Source: Candidatus Coproplasma avicola (GTDB lineage Bacteria; Bacillota; Clostridia; Christensenellales; Borkfalkiaceae). From it: DNA of 64,000 nucleotides. A program made the position numbers and the translations under genes. The number at the start of each line of letters is the position of its first letter. The stretch's first letter is position 1. The notes below the pieces were generated by a model that worked only from the letters and a program-made list of their open reading frames with translations, had not been told where the DNA came from and did not search any database. The stretch is taken from assembly GCA_018712135.1 (NCBI GenBank), contig DVHK01000093.1:8834-72833 (forward strand). The letters run 5' to 3'. Of this stretch, positions 1-9,847 are shown piece by piece.

Positions 1-468
1 TCGCGATAATTCATCACACCATTCCTCATCTTTTGCCCGCGCGTTTGCGGGGCTGGTTGAAGGCAATTTTATGTACGGCGCGGCGATATTTTTATAATAT
101 TTTAAAAATATCTTATACGCCGTGCCGCCGTTTAAAATAATTTTTTCTATCGGACTTATATCCATAACTTTTTTAAGGTCGGCTACGCTGTAATTTTTGA
201 TGGTGCTGTCGGCGCTGCCTACAATTTCACAGGAAGTGACGATGTCCCACAGCGCGATTTTATTGCGGCGCAGGAAAAGCTTTTTCTCCTCCACACTGAC
301 CGGCAGGGGCTGTTTGAAGAAAGCTGATAGAATACGCCAGAAGGCGTTTTGCGGGTTGCCGTAATAAAAGCTCTGCGCACGGCTCTTTACCGAAGGAAAG
401 CTGCCGAGAATAAGTAACCTGCTGTCGACATCGCAGAAAGGCTCAAAGCCGTAAACGAGGTCGCTCAC
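1..468 (-). CDS. DNA-deoxyinosine (hypoxanthine)/uracil-DNA glycosylase superfamily protein; C-terminus runs off the window edge
   Basis: Hand translation of the minus strand from GTG at 468 gives VSDLVYGFEPFCDVDSRLLILGSFPSVKSRAQSFYYGNPQNAFWRIL... The GSFPS...YYxNPxNxFW pattern is what I associate with hypoxanthine-DNA glycosylases of the UDG superfamily. The GTG overlaps the TGA of the upstream M16 gene (GTGA). Absent from the ORF track because no stop lies inside the window. Confidence 0.6.
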   Translation of the reverse strand, partial: MSDLVYGFEPFCDVDSRLLILGSFPSVKSRAQSFYYGNPQNAFWRILSAFFKQPLPVSVEEKKLFLRRNKIALWDIVTSCEIVGSADSTIKNYSVADLKKVMDISPIEKIILNGGTAYKIFLKYYKNIAAPYIKLPSTSPANARAKDEEWCDELSR

Positions 469-1697
469 AGGTGCTTGTTCACCCTTCCGACGAGTGCGGT
501 AGCCTTGTACGTTTCGTCGAAATTATATTCGATAGCCTGCATAACGTCGGCAAAAGTGACGGCATTGATCTTTTTTACGCGCTCTTCAAAGTTGTAGATG
601 TTGCCGCTGTAAATGAGTTCCTTGCCGTATAGAAGCATTTGCGAGCTCGTGCTCTCCTGCGCGAAAATCTGGGAGGAAAGCAACTGTTCCTTGCCGCGGC
701 GGAATTCGTATTCGGTGATGTTTTTATTTTTAATGTCTTTTATGCAGGCGTCGATCGCTTCTACCGACTGCATGTAATTGTCAGCGTTGACACCCGCATA
801 GATGACGAGCGAACCCGTGTCCTTGTAAGACGTGAGGTAGGAATAGACGGTGTAAGCCAGTCCCCTCTTTTCCCTGACCTCCTGAAAGAGACGGGACGAC
901 ATGCTTCCGCCGAGCACGGCGTTGACGATCATGGTGGCGTCGGCGAGCGGTTCATACCTCTTCATGGAAGGATATGCGATGCCGATGTGCACCTGTTCGA
1001 TGTCCTTCTTTTTGGAAAGGTTTTTGCTTTGCAGGCGCACGTCTACGGAGCGCCGGACGCCGTTGCCACGGGGGACGTCGGCAAAATATTTTTCGACAAG
1101 CCCCTGCGCTTCTTCGACGGAGATGTTGCCCGCCATAGAGATGACGATGTTATCCGCCGTGTAACGTTCGGACATGTAAGCGAGAACATCAGACTTTTTA
1201 AATCCCCGCACGTTTTTGCGGGGGCCGAGGATATTTCTGCCGTAGTTTTTTTCACCGAAGAACGCTTTGGAGAGCAAATCGAGGCACAAATCGTCGGGCG
1301 TATCCTCATTCATGGAAATTTCCTCGATTATTACCCCCTTTTCCCTCTTCATTTCATCTGCGGGGAAGGTTGAATTGAGGAATATATCCGAAAGTATTTC
1401 AAAGGCTTCGGCGGCGTGGTCGGAAGTTGATTTTGCGTAGTAGCAGGTAATGTCTTTACCCGTGAACGCGTTGACCTGCGCGCCGATTGCGTCCATTTCA
1501 TCCGAAATTTTAAACGCCGTGCGCTTTTTAGTGCCCTTGAACATCATGTGTTCGATAAAGTGCGAAATGCCGTCCTCATCGTCGGTTTCGATGCACGCAC
1601 CAGTGCCGACGATTATGCCCATTGTGACGGACAGCAGTCCGCTCATCTGCTTTACGATAAGTCTTATTCCGTTGTCTAACTGTTTGTAATGTACCAT
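465..1697 (-). CDS. M16 family (pitrilysin/insulinase-like) zinc metallopeptidase
   Basis: 410-aa ORF with the inverted zinc motif HxxEH (HFIEHMMFKGT) near the N-terminus. Its ATG overlaps the stop of the upstream deacetylase gene (TAATG). The pairing with a polysaccharide deacetylase resembles the B. subtilis ylxY-mlpA arrangement. Confidence 0.9.
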   Translation of the reverse strand: MVHYKQLDNGIRLIVKQMSGLLSVTMGIIVGTGACIETDDEDGISHFIEHMMFKGTKKRTAFKISDEMDAIGAQVNAFTGKDITCYYAKSTSDHAAEAFEILSDIFLNSTFPADEMKREKGVIIEEISMNEDTPDDLCLDLLSKAFFGEKNYGRNILGPRKNVRGFKKSDVLAYMSERYTADNIVISMAGNISVEEAQGLVEKYFADVPRGNGVRRSVDVRLQSKNLSKKKDIEQVHIGIAYPSMKRYEPLADATMIVNAVLGGSMSSRLFQEVREKRGLAYTVYSYLTSYKDTGSLVIYAGVNADNYMQSVEAIDACIKDIKNKNITEYEFRRGKEQLLSSQIFAQESTSSQMLLYGKELIYSGNIYNFEERVKKINAVTFADVMQAIEYNFDETYKATALVGRVNKHL

Positions 1698-2401
1698 TAT
1701 TCTCCTAAATTTTCAGATACGGTGACGAGCGCCAGACCGTTTGAAATTATGTAAGATAGTATGTCGGGCAGCGCCGCAACCGTCACGTCCATGGGATGCA
1801 TGAGGACGAACTCGCCCGAAGATATGTTGTTTGTCGCGCGGCTGTAAATGAGGTTTACGTCGCTGTCGCGCCAGTCGATGGTGTCGCGCGACCACATAAT
1901 AGTCTTTAACCCGAGCGATGATGCCGCAGATAGGGTCGCATCGCAGAATGCGCCCGAGGGCGGCGCAAACAGCTTTATTTCGTCCCCTAAAACGGCGTTT
2001 AAAAGCTTGACGCTTGGGCTGATTTCTTCAAGGTTCTGGCGATAATTCATAGCCGACTGGTCTTTGTGGAAATAGCCGTGCGAACCTATTTCGTGTCCGC
2101 GCGCGGCGATTTCACGGGTGCAGTCGACATTGTCGTCCGCCCAGCTCCCACCGAGAAAAAAGGTGGCTTTTGCATCGTATTCGTCGAGAATGTCGAGAAT
2201 TTTATACACATTCGACGTGTTCTGATATACGTTGAACATGAGCGACACGCCACAGGCGGTTTCCCCGGCAGAATAATATGGCTCGTCGTGCTCGCCCGAA
2301 ACCTGCACCGCCCCGCCGTCGGCAAAGCCGACTATACAGGTGGCTACGATTATCGCACACAAAATTGCATTTACAACTATTGCGGCTAATTTGCTTTTCA
2401 A
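1697..2401 (-). CDS. Polysaccharide deacetylase (NodB homology domain) family protein with N-terminal membrane anchor
   Basis: 234-aa ORF. N-terminal hydrophobic helix, then FFLGG..., HEIGSHGYFH and DTIDWRD motifs typical of CE4/NodB deacetylases. TTG start preceded by AGGGG. Confidence 0.85.
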   Translation of the reverse strand: MKSKLAAIVVNAILCAIIVATCIVGFADGGAVQVSGEHDEPYYSAGETACGVSLMFNVYQNTSNVYKILDILDEYDAKATFFLGGSWADDNVDCTREIAARGHEIGSHGYFHKDQSAMNYRQNLEEISPSVKLLNAVLGDEIKLFAPPSGAFCDATLSAASSLGLKTIMWSRDTIDWRDSDVNLIYSRATNNISSGEFVLMHPMDVTVAALPDILSYIISNGLALVTVSENLGE

Positions 2402-2468
2402 AATAAGTTTACCCCTAAATTAAAATAACTATTAATATTTTATTTAGGAGACAGCTAAATTTTGCTTA

Positions 2469-4850
2469 TTATTTGAGCGTAATTATCGTGACGCCCGTTT
2501 CTCCCTCGCCATACTTGCCGAGGCGGAAACTTTTTACGTTTTTATGCCCCTTCAGGTGGCGGGCGATGGCTTCGCGCAACTTGCCCGTACCCACGCCGTG
2601 AATGACCTTTATCTCTTCGAGATTGCTCATAACCGCCCTGTCGATAAAATTATCGACCTCGTACAGCGCCTCGGAAACGGTCATGCCGAGAAGGTTGATT
2701 TCAAGCTGCGGCTGCGTAGGTGTCGACGGATTAGCGTTTCGTACCCTGACTTCACCCTTGTGGGGCAATTTTGCGCTCTTTTTTGGCGAATTTATCTTTT
2801 GCAAGTCGGAAATTTTGCACCGCGTCTTTATGCTGCCGCAGACAATTTCGACCTCGCCCCTGGCGGCATTTATGGAGAGCACCTGTCCGGCAGATTGAAG
2901 TTTTACAAAGAAAATATCGTCTCCGACGTGAAGATTTTCAGCCGTAGCCTCAATGTAATTTGTTACGGGCCGCTGGCTTTCATCGTTTGAATAAGCCGAA
3001 TTTTTGAGTTTGTTTTTGAGCGTGCGCGCCTTTATCAGGTCGCCTTGGCTGAGCTCTTCCTTTTTGAACAGCTGCTCAATCTCGTCGAGCAACTCCTCAG
3101 CCTGCGCGGTGCGTTCGTTTATTATCCTGCGGCTTTCGGCGCGGGCATTTGCCGTCAGCCTTTCGCGCTGTTTGTTTAGCTCGTCAATCCTGCGATTGAC
3201 CTCGGCGAGCTTTTCTTTTAAACTGCGTTCGAGCGACGCCGCTTCGGCGAGCTTTTTATCGGCCTCTACCCTGCTCTCCTCTGCTCTGCGCACGATGTTT
3301 TCAAACGCCTTGCCGCCCTCGGAGAGGTAACCTACGGCGCGGTCCAAAATTTCCTCGTCCATTCCGAACCGTCGGCAGATAGCAAGCGCGTTGCTCGCGC
3401 CGGGCAGGCCTATTTTTATCGAATAGAGCGGCTTTAAAGTCGATGCGTCGAACTCCATCGATGCATTTTCTATGCCGTCTACGGTGTAAGCAAACTCCTT
3501 TAAGGGAGTAAAGTGCGTGGTGACTATGCCGCGACAACCTATTTTGAGGAAATGTTCGACGACGGCTTTGGCGAGCGCCTGACCTTCGTCGGGGTTGGTG
3601 CCGCCGCCGAGTTCGTCGATTAAAACGAGCGATCCGGCCGTAGCCCTTTTGCACATGTCGATAACCGTTGTAATGTGGCTGGAAAATGTTGAAAGGCTGT
3701 CTTCAATGCTCTGGCTGTCGCCGACGTCGCAGAAAATATCGTCGAACGCGCAGACAGCCGTTCCCTCCGCCGCGGGCACGAAGATGCCGCACGCCGCCAT
3801 GAGGCAGAACAGTCCGCACATTTTAAGTGTAACCGTCTTGCCGCCCGTATTTGCGCCGCTTATGAGAAGAAAATTGTAGCTGCCGCCCAGTTCCAACGAG
3901 ACGGGCACAACCTTCCGGGGATCTATCAATGGGTGTCTGCCCTTGATTATGTTTATATAGCCGCGCTTGTTGACCTGCGGCATGACGCATTTTTTTGCGT
4001 AAGAATACTGCGCGCGGGCGTAATAACTTTCAATTTCGGCTAAAACCGCCATATCGGTTTTTAACCTTTCGGACATGTCGCCCACTCGCCCCGAAAGCGC
4101 CTTTAAAATGCGCTCAACCTCTTCCTTTTCGTCGATTTGCAGGGCGACGAGCTCGTTGTTGAGTTCAAGCACGTATTCGGGCTCAATAAAAAATGTCGCA
4201 CCCGACTGCGAACGGTCATGAACCAAGCCTTTTACGCGCGAACGGTACTCCGCTTTGACGGGAATGACGTACCTGTCGCCGCGCATGGTGACGATGCCGT
4301 CCTGCAAATATCGCGAGGTGTCGCCCGTGACGTATTCGGAGAGCTTTGAGCGGATGCGCTCGTTGAGGCTCTTTATCTTTGAACGTATCGAAAAGAGCGC
4401 GGCGCTTGCGTGGTCGGAGACTTCGTCGTCCGAAATTATCTTTTCTGTGATGTCGTCCTCCAAATTTTTGTCGTAATAAATGCGTGCGCTGTCGCCCTTT
4501 ATTGCGATGATTTCGCCGTCGTCGACGCCGTTTATCGAAGTGTAAGCAATGCGCGCGGAGCGTAGCAAAAGGTTGACCTGCCTGAGTTCTGCGCACGAAA
4601 GAGTCGAGCGTTTTGATGCGCGGACGAGCAGATCTTCGACATCGGGGAAATACTCTATGCCGATTATTCCATACCTGAAAAGCAGCTTTACACACTCCGC
4701 AGTGCGCGCGAGCTTGTCCCTAACCTCGGCGAGGTCGGTCGATGGCGAAAGCCCGGCAAAGATTGCCTTTGTGCCGTCAAGGCAAGCGTAATCCGCGCAG
4801 GCGGAGAGCACTTTATTAAGTTCGAGGCGTGAAAGACTTTTTTCGTCCAT
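2469..4850 (-). CDS. mutS2: Endonuclease MutS2 (MutS-family ATPase with C-terminal Smr domain)
   Basis: 793 aa. Walker A GANTGGKT, MutS ATPase core (LIDELGGGTNPDEG), long coiled-coil, and a C-terminal Smr domain (IKVIHGVGTGKLREAIARHLK). Confidence 0.95.
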   Translation of the reverse strand: MDEKSLSRLELNKVLSACADYACLDGTKAIFAGLSPSTDLAEVRDKLARTAECVKLLFRYGIIGIEYFPDVEDLLVRASKRSTLSCAELRQVNLLLRSARIAYTSINGVDDGEIIAIKGDSARIYYDKNLEDDITEKIISDDEVSDHASAALFSIRSKIKSLNERIRSKLSEYVTGDTSRYLQDGIVTMRGDRYVIPVKAEYRSRVKGLVHDRSQSGATFFIEPEYVLELNNELVALQIDEKEEVERILKALSGRVGDMSERLKTDMAVLAEIESYYARAQYSYAKKCVMPQVNKRGYINIIKGRHPLIDPRKVVPVSLELGGSYNFLLISGANTGGKTVTLKMCGLFCLMAACGIFVPAAEGTAVCAFDDIFCDVGDSQSIEDSLSTFSSHITTVIDMCKRATAGSLVLIDELGGGTNPDEGQALAKAVVEHFLKIGCRGIVTTHFTPLKEFAYTVDGIENASMEFDASTLKPLYSIKIGLPGASNALAICRRFGMDEEILDRAVGYLSEGGKAFENIVRRAEESRVEADKKLAEAASLERSLKEKLAEVNRRIDELNKQRERLTANARAESRRIINERTAQAEELLDEIEQLFKKEELSQGDLIKARTLKNKLKNSAYSNDESQRPVTNYIEATAENLHVGDDIFFVKLQSAGQVLSINAARGEVEIVCGSIKTRCKISDLQKINSPKKSAKLPHKGEVRVRNANPSTPTQPQLEINLLGMTVSEALYEVDNFIDRAVMSNLEEIKVIHGVGTGKLREAIARHLKGHKNVKSFRLGKYGEGETGVTIITLK

Positions 4851-4894
4851 TTTAAATAAATGATTCTGAGTATCGAAATCCGGAAACGGAATTT

Positions 4895-7093
4895 TTATAA
4901 CACGGGGTTTTTAGCGTGCCCCGAGGTGTAGTTTTTAAATAATTTTTTGAGTTTTTCGCCGTCGTTGAGAGCGGAAAGCACTTTCTCGGGGTCGCACAGA
5001 GTGCAATCTGCGAGAGCGCCCGTAAAATTCTGGGGCGAGATGAGATTTGCGCAGTTGAAAAGCTCAAAGCGGCATTCTCCCGCCTTATAGCGGCGCAGAG
5101 GAAATGTTCTGCCGTCCTCGTCGGTGAGCGAGTAGCAATCCCGCCTGTCGCACGTCTTACACGTCTTGCCGAACGGGCAGTAAATTATGTCCATGACCTT
5201 TATGTCGCCCGCGGTGAGGTAAAACGTGTTCTCCCCTGAAAGAGGGCGCGCTTCGGCGAGCGTGATTTCCTTGGAAAGAGCAATGAAATCGGCTTTAACC
5301 TGCGAAAGCGAGAGACTGTTTGCAATGTTGAACCCCGTGCCTGCGAACAATTTAATGCCCAGCTCGCGGCAGAACTGCTCTGCCCAGTAGCCGTCGCAAT
5401 AAATGCCGTCGAAAAATTTAAGGGCAGGCTTTATGCTTTCAAGCGCTTGCCCGTTGATGAACGGCGGCAAAAATAAATATTTCTGTCCGTCGAACTGCTT
5501 TATTTTTTTGATATCGATCTGCGAAAAGTCGTCGGGCTTCAAAATACCTATGTCCGCCTTTACGACGCGCAGGTCGCGGGCGATAACCGCTGTGCGACTG
5601 TTCATGCCAACATTTGCGTGCGGACTGACCTTTTCAACTCCCTCTATCGGGCGGTTGCACGACGAGGAAATGTGCGCAAAATATGCAGTATATGCCTCCC
5701 TTCTGAACTGGTTGAGCGCAGACGCGGGGACGAAAGGATTGCCTGAAATATTTATAACGCAATAGTCGATTTCAAAGGGGTAAGTATCGACCTTGTCGAA
5801 ACATCTTATAACGTCGTCGCGCGATACGGCGCGGCTGAGCGCAGCGGACGGGACGAACGAACTTTCAAAAACCATGCCGTCTATCTCTGCGCGCATATTG
5901 TCGCCCTCGGAAATATACACCGAAAGGGTTACGGGGCGCAACTTTTTGCGGGATAACAGTTCGGCGTTGAGACGGGCGTCGGTGGTGATAAAGGCCTTGT
6001 CACCGCTTTTAAGGCGGATGCGGCTGTTAAGACAAAATCCGCCCTTTGTGCTACCGGCAAACGTAGCCCCGCACACCTCTTTGCCGTTGCGAAGTATTTT
6101 AAATGCGTCGCCTTGCGCACATTGCATAGTACTATGACAGACATAATTGCCGTTTTTAACTTCAATTACGCCGCAAAATTCACCGATATGCCCCTGCACC
6201 GCCGATGATATGAAACTTTTATCCTGACCGAACGCCAGCCCTCTTGTATAATTGCCGCGGTTGTACGTGCGCTTTAACGCGGATAAATCTCCCTTATTTT
6301 CCTCACCGCCGAGTATGGCGCGGTAGTAAGATACTGCCGCCGCAACATATTCGGGGCGGCGCATCCTGCCTTCGATTTTGAAAGAGTACACGCCCGCGTC
6401 GCTCAGCTTTAATATGTCCTCCCCCACCGACAGGTCGGAGAGCGAAATTGCGTACGATTGCTGTCCGAACCCTTCGCGGTCGACCGAATACATCTTGCGG
6501 CAGGGCTGTTTGCACCTGCCCCTGTTGCCGCTGTTGCCGCCCGCAAAGGACGAAAGATAGCATTGTCCCGAAAAGCATGTGCAGAGAGCGCCCTGCACAA
6601 AGACTTCGGTCTGAATTATCTTGGCAATCTTTTCTATCTCTTCAAACGGCGTCTCCCGCGCGAGAATTACGCGGTCGAATCCGTATTCCTTTGCCTGTCT
6701 TGCGCCGTATACGTTATTTACTCCCGCTTGCGTTGAAAGATGCAGACACATCTGCGGATATATGTTCTTTAAATATTTGCCGAGGTAGATGTCCTGAATT
6801 ATAAGAGCGTCGGCGCCCGCGTTGTGAGCAGCGACAGCACATGAAATAAAATTTTCAACTTCGCTCTGTTTGACGAACGTGTTTAATGCGACATGTACCC
6901 TCACATCAAGCGCGTGGGCATATTCGCACAGCACCCGCAAGTCGTTAACATTGAAATTATCTGCCGAGGCGCGCGCCGAAAAGCTTTTAAGCCCCGTATA
7001 GATTGCGTCCGCACCGCTGTTTATTGCGGCGTACGCCGAGGAAATGTCGCCTGCGGGAGCTAAAAGCTCGGTTTCAGCTCTTTTTTCAGTCAT
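4895..7093 (-). CDS. U32 family peptidase-like protein, long 732-aa form
   Basis: Contains the U32 signature E-x-F-x2-G-[SA]-[LIVM]-C-x4-G-x-C-x-[LIVM]-S as EVFVQGALCTCFSGQCYLSS, followed by GRCKQPCR. Overlaps the upstream HAD gene by 8 nt, so probably one operon with uvrC. Confidence 0.9.
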   Translation of the reverse strand: MTEKRAETELLAPAGDISSAYAAINSGADAIYTGLKSFSARASADNFNVNDLRVLCEYAHALDVRVHVALNTFVKQSEVENFISCAVAAHNAGADALIIQDIYLGKYLKNIYPQMCLHLSTQAGVNNVYGARQAKEYGFDRVILARETPFEEIEKIAKIIQTEVFVQGALCTCFSGQCYLSSFAGGNSGNRGRCKQPCRKMYSVDREGFGQQSYAISLSDLSVGEDILKLSDAGVYSFKIEGRMRRPEYVAAAVSYYRAILGGEENKGDLSALKRTYNRGNYTRGLAFGQDKSFISSAVQGHIGEFCGVIEVKNGNYVCHSTMQCAQGDAFKILRNGKEVCGATFAGSTKGGFCLNSRIRLKSGDKAFITTDARLNAELLSRKKLRPVTLSVYISEGDNMRAEIDGMVFESSFVPSAALSRAVSRDDVIRCFDKVDTYPFEIDYCVINISGNPFVPASALNQFRREAYTAYFAHISSSCNRPIEGVEKVSPHANVGMNSRTAVIARDLRVVKADIGILKPDDFSQIDIKKIKQFDGQKYLFLPPFINGQALESIKPALKFFDGIYCDGYWAEQFCRELGIKLFAGTGFNIANSLSLSQVKADFIALSKEITLAEARPLSGENTFYLTAGDIKVMDIIYCPFGKTCKTCDRRDCYSLTDEDGRTFPLRRYKAGECRFELFNCANLISPQNFTGALADCTLCDPEKVLSALNDGEKLKKLFKNYTSGHAKNPVL

Positions 7094-7916
7094 GGCGATA
7101 TCCGAACAGCTTTATTACCTGCGCCACAGCGCCCTGGTCGTTGGTTACGGCAACGTAGTCGGCTTTCTTTTTGAGCTCCCTCACCGCGTTGCCTACGGCG
7201 ACGCCAATTCCCGCTGCTTCAATCATAGATAGATCATTTAAATTGTCGCCCATGGCGACCGTTTCGGACATGTTTATGCCGTAGCGTTGCGCGAGAAAGC
7301 GCACAGCCGCCCCCTTCGTATCGTTGAGCGGCGAAACTTCAACGAGCACATTTGCGCTGCAAGTGACGTCGTATTTGCCGTCGAACCTTTCTTTGAGGAA
7401 TTTATATAATCTTTTACGGGCGCGCGGCATACATAGACTTGCCACCTTCTGACACTTAATACCGTTGCGCGCAATGTAATCCGAAAGTCGTTCGCCTACG
7501 TTCTGCGACGTGACACCCGTTATTTCTTCGTACATTTTTAAATATTTATTGTCTTTGGGAATGTCCGTGTAAAAATGATCGTCACTGTAAGCATTTACCG
7601 ACTGCCCCGCGCTTTCGATGGCGGCGCAGATTTCCGAGGTCTGCACGGGGCTAAGCCCGCCGCGCTTTATATATTCGCCCGTTTCGATATCGGCGATTAC
7701 GCTGCCCTGGCAGGCGATTACAAGACCTTTAAGTCCCAATTCGCGCACTCTCGGAAGAATGGAAGCGAGAATCCTGCCCGTACATACGGCAAAAATGCCG
7801 CCGTCGGCTATATACTGTGTTATTGCCTCCCTGACCTCGGGCAGAATGCGCTGGTCGGAAGTTATTAATGTGCCGTCAAAATCTGAAACTATTAATTTTG
7901 CGTTAAGCTGTGTCAT
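7086..7916 (-). CDS. Cof-type HAD-IIB family sugar-phosphate phosphatase
   Basis: 276 aa. N-terminal DFDGTL nucleophile motif, C-terminal GDNLNDLSM motif, and a cap domain between them. Confidence 0.85.
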   Translation of the reverse strand: MTQLNAKLIVSDFDGTLITSDQRILPEVREAITQYIADGGIFAVCTGRILASILPRVRELGLKGLVIACQGSVIADIETGEYIKRGGLSPVQTSEICAAIESAGQSVNAYSDDHFYTDIPKDNKYLKMYEEITGVTSQNVGERLSDYIARNGIKCQKVASLCMPRARKRLYKFLKERFDGKYDVTCSANVLVEVSPLNDTKGAAVRFLAQRYGINMSETVAMGDNLNDLSMIEAAGIGVAVGNAVRELKKKADYVAVTNDQGAVAQVIKLFGYRHD

Positions 7917-7917
7917 A

Positions 7918-9723
7918 TCAGTTTGAAAAATAATCTTTAATGGCGCGCGCCACCTTTAAACTTATACCCGGAGTTTTGGCGATGTCATCGACGTCGGCGG
8001 ACATGATTTTGTCTATCGTAGAATAGCGCTCCATTAAGGCTATGCGGCGCTGTTTGCCCACGCCTTCAATCTTTTCAAGCTCGCTTTTGAGCATATTTTT
8101 AGAATGAAGATTGCGGAAATATGTTATCGCGAAGCGGTGCGCCTCGTCCCTTATGCGCTGAACCATGCGGAGGGAATAATCGCGGCGGGGTATTTTTATG
8201 CTTTCGGGCGAATTGAGAGTAAAAATTTCCTCGTCCTGTTTCGCAATGGAAATGAGCTCGATGTCACTCACGCCGAGTTTTTCAAAAATTTCCGCAACGG
8301 CCGAAAGCTGACCCTTGCCGCCGTCGATGACGACGAGGTCGGGCTTAGGGAACCTATCCTCCTCTTCCGTACCCAGCTTTGAAAGGCGGCGCAGAAGGAC
8401 TTCCTGCAACGACGCAAAGTCGTTGGCACCCTCTACCGTCTTTATTTTAAAGCGGCGGTACTGGTTTCTGTCCGCCTCGCCGTCGATGAATACGACCATG
8501 GAGGCGACCTTATCCACGCCAGAAACGTTGGAGATGTCGTAACACTCCATGCGGCGGGGATAGCGTTTGAGGGACAGAAGCTCCTGCAAGCGCTTGCAGG
8601 CGTTTACAGTCATGTCATCGCGGTGCTTTATTTTATCTACCGACTTTTCGAGATAATCATGTGCATTGCGTTCAGCCATTTTTAAAAGTTCGGCTTTTAC
8701 GCCCTGTTTTGCCGCCGTAATTTCGACCGACTTACCGAGCTTTTCCTTAAAAAAGTTGGAAACGAGCTCCTTTTCGCAATAGTCGGGCACGATAATTTCG
8801 GACGGCGCCTCGTGGGCAGAATAATACTGCGTAATAAACGACGTGAGCGCTTCGGCATCGGTCATATGGGCTTCGTCGAGTGCGAAGGAACTCGCGCCCT
8901 GCATTATGCCCTTGCGCGTGACGAGCACGTTTATCGCCGAATAGAGGTTGTTGGTTGCGTAAGTTATTATGTCGGCGTCGATAGCCTTGTTTATCGAAGT
9001 TATACGCTTGGCTTCGAGCTTTGACAGCATGGATATTTTATTTTTATAGTCCATAGCGAGCTCGAAAGCTTCCGACTCTGCGGCTGCCAGCATTTTGCTC
9101 TGCAAAACTGTCTGCGCGCCCTTGTAATCGCCGTCGAGAAAGGCTATCGCCTGCTTTACGCGCACGGCGTAGTCCTCTTTGGAGATTTTATGCGCGCACG
9201 GCGCGGCGCACCTGCCTATATGGTAATTCAGACACTCGCGCTTTGGCTTCGACGTTATTGCCGTGCGGCACAGCCTCACGCCGTATAAAAGCTGAACGAC
9301 ATCGAGGATATCGCGGTAGTTTATGCCGCCCATAAAAGGGCCAAAATACCTGCCCCCGTCCTTTCTGATCTTTCTCGTGACATAAAACGAGGGAAACTCT
9401 TCGCGCATGTCGACCTTTATATAGGGATAAGTTTTGTCGTCTTTTAACAGAATATTATATTTTGGTTTGTATTTCTTTATTAAATTGTTTTCGAGCGCGA
9501 GCGCGTCGATTTCGGTGTTTGTGATGACGTAATTGAAGTCGGCGATATTTGCCACCATCTGCATAACTTTCTGCGGCTTGGGGGTATTGTGAAAATACTG
9601 CCTTACGCGGTTTTTGAGTACACGCGCCTTACCTACATAGATGACGTTGCCGTAGTTGTCGAGCATTATATAAACGCCCGGAGAGTCAGGAAGAAGTTTA
9701 AGTTTTTCCTTTATTACGTCCAT
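7918..9723 (-). CDS. uvrC: Excinuclease ABC subunit C
   Basis: 601 aa. GIY-YIG nuclease start (PGVYIMLDNYGNVIYVGKA...), UVR domain, RNase H-like endonuclease domain and C-terminal (HhH)2. Confidence 0.95.
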   Translation of the reverse strand: MDVIKEKLKLLPDSPGVYIMLDNYGNVIYVGKARVLKNRVRQYFHNTPKPQKVMQMVANIADFNYVITNTEIDALALENNLIKKYKPKYNILLKDDKTYPYIKVDMREEFPSFYVTRKIRKDGGRYFGPFMGGINYRDILDVVQLLYGVRLCRTAITSKPKRECLNYHIGRCAAPCAHKISKEDYAVRVKQAIAFLDGDYKGAQTVLQSKMLAAAESEAFELAMDYKNKISMLSKLEAKRITSINKAIDADIITYATNNLYSAINVLVTRKGIMQGASSFALDEAHMTDAEALTSFITQYYSAHEAPSEIIVPDYCEKELVSNFFKEKLGKSVEITAAKQGVKAELLKMAERNAHDYLEKSVDKIKHRDDMTVNACKRLQELLSLKRYPRRMECYDISNVSGVDKVASMVVFIDGEADRNQYRRFKIKTVEGANDFASLQEVLLRRLSKLGTEEEDRFPKPDLVVIDGGKGQLSAVAEIFEKLGVSDIELISIAKQDEEIFTLNSPESIKIPRRDYSLRMVQRIRDEAHRFAITYFRNLHSKNMLKSELEKIEGVGKQRRIALMERYSTIDKIMSADVDDIAKTPGISLKVARAIKDYFSN

Positions 9724-9738
9724 ATTACACCATGCTAT

Positions 9739-9767
9739 ATTGTAACATACCCTTATTTTTTTTGCAA
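9739..9767 (-). promoter_or_regulatory. Sigma-A type promoter for uvrC: TTGCAA-17 nt-TACAAT
   Basis: On the minus strand, -35 TTGCAA (9762-9767), a 17-nt spacer, and -10 TACAAT (9739-9744). The -10 ends 15 nt before the uvrC ATG, so the leader would be about 8 nt. Confidence 0.5.
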
Positions 9768-9792
9768 TATTAATCGATATAATTTTTTATAA

Positions 9793-9837
9793 AAAAGTAT
9801 AACCGACGGGCAAAAAACACGCGTCGGTTATACTTTT
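9793..9837 (-). terminator. Rho-independent terminator after the ABC exporter operon
   Basis: Perfect 16-bp stem AAAAGTATAACCGACG/CGTCGGTTATACTTTT, followed on the minus strand by TTTTTTAT. Lies 11 nt after the stop at 9848. Confidence 0.8.
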
Positions 9838-9847
9838 CAAAGTTATT

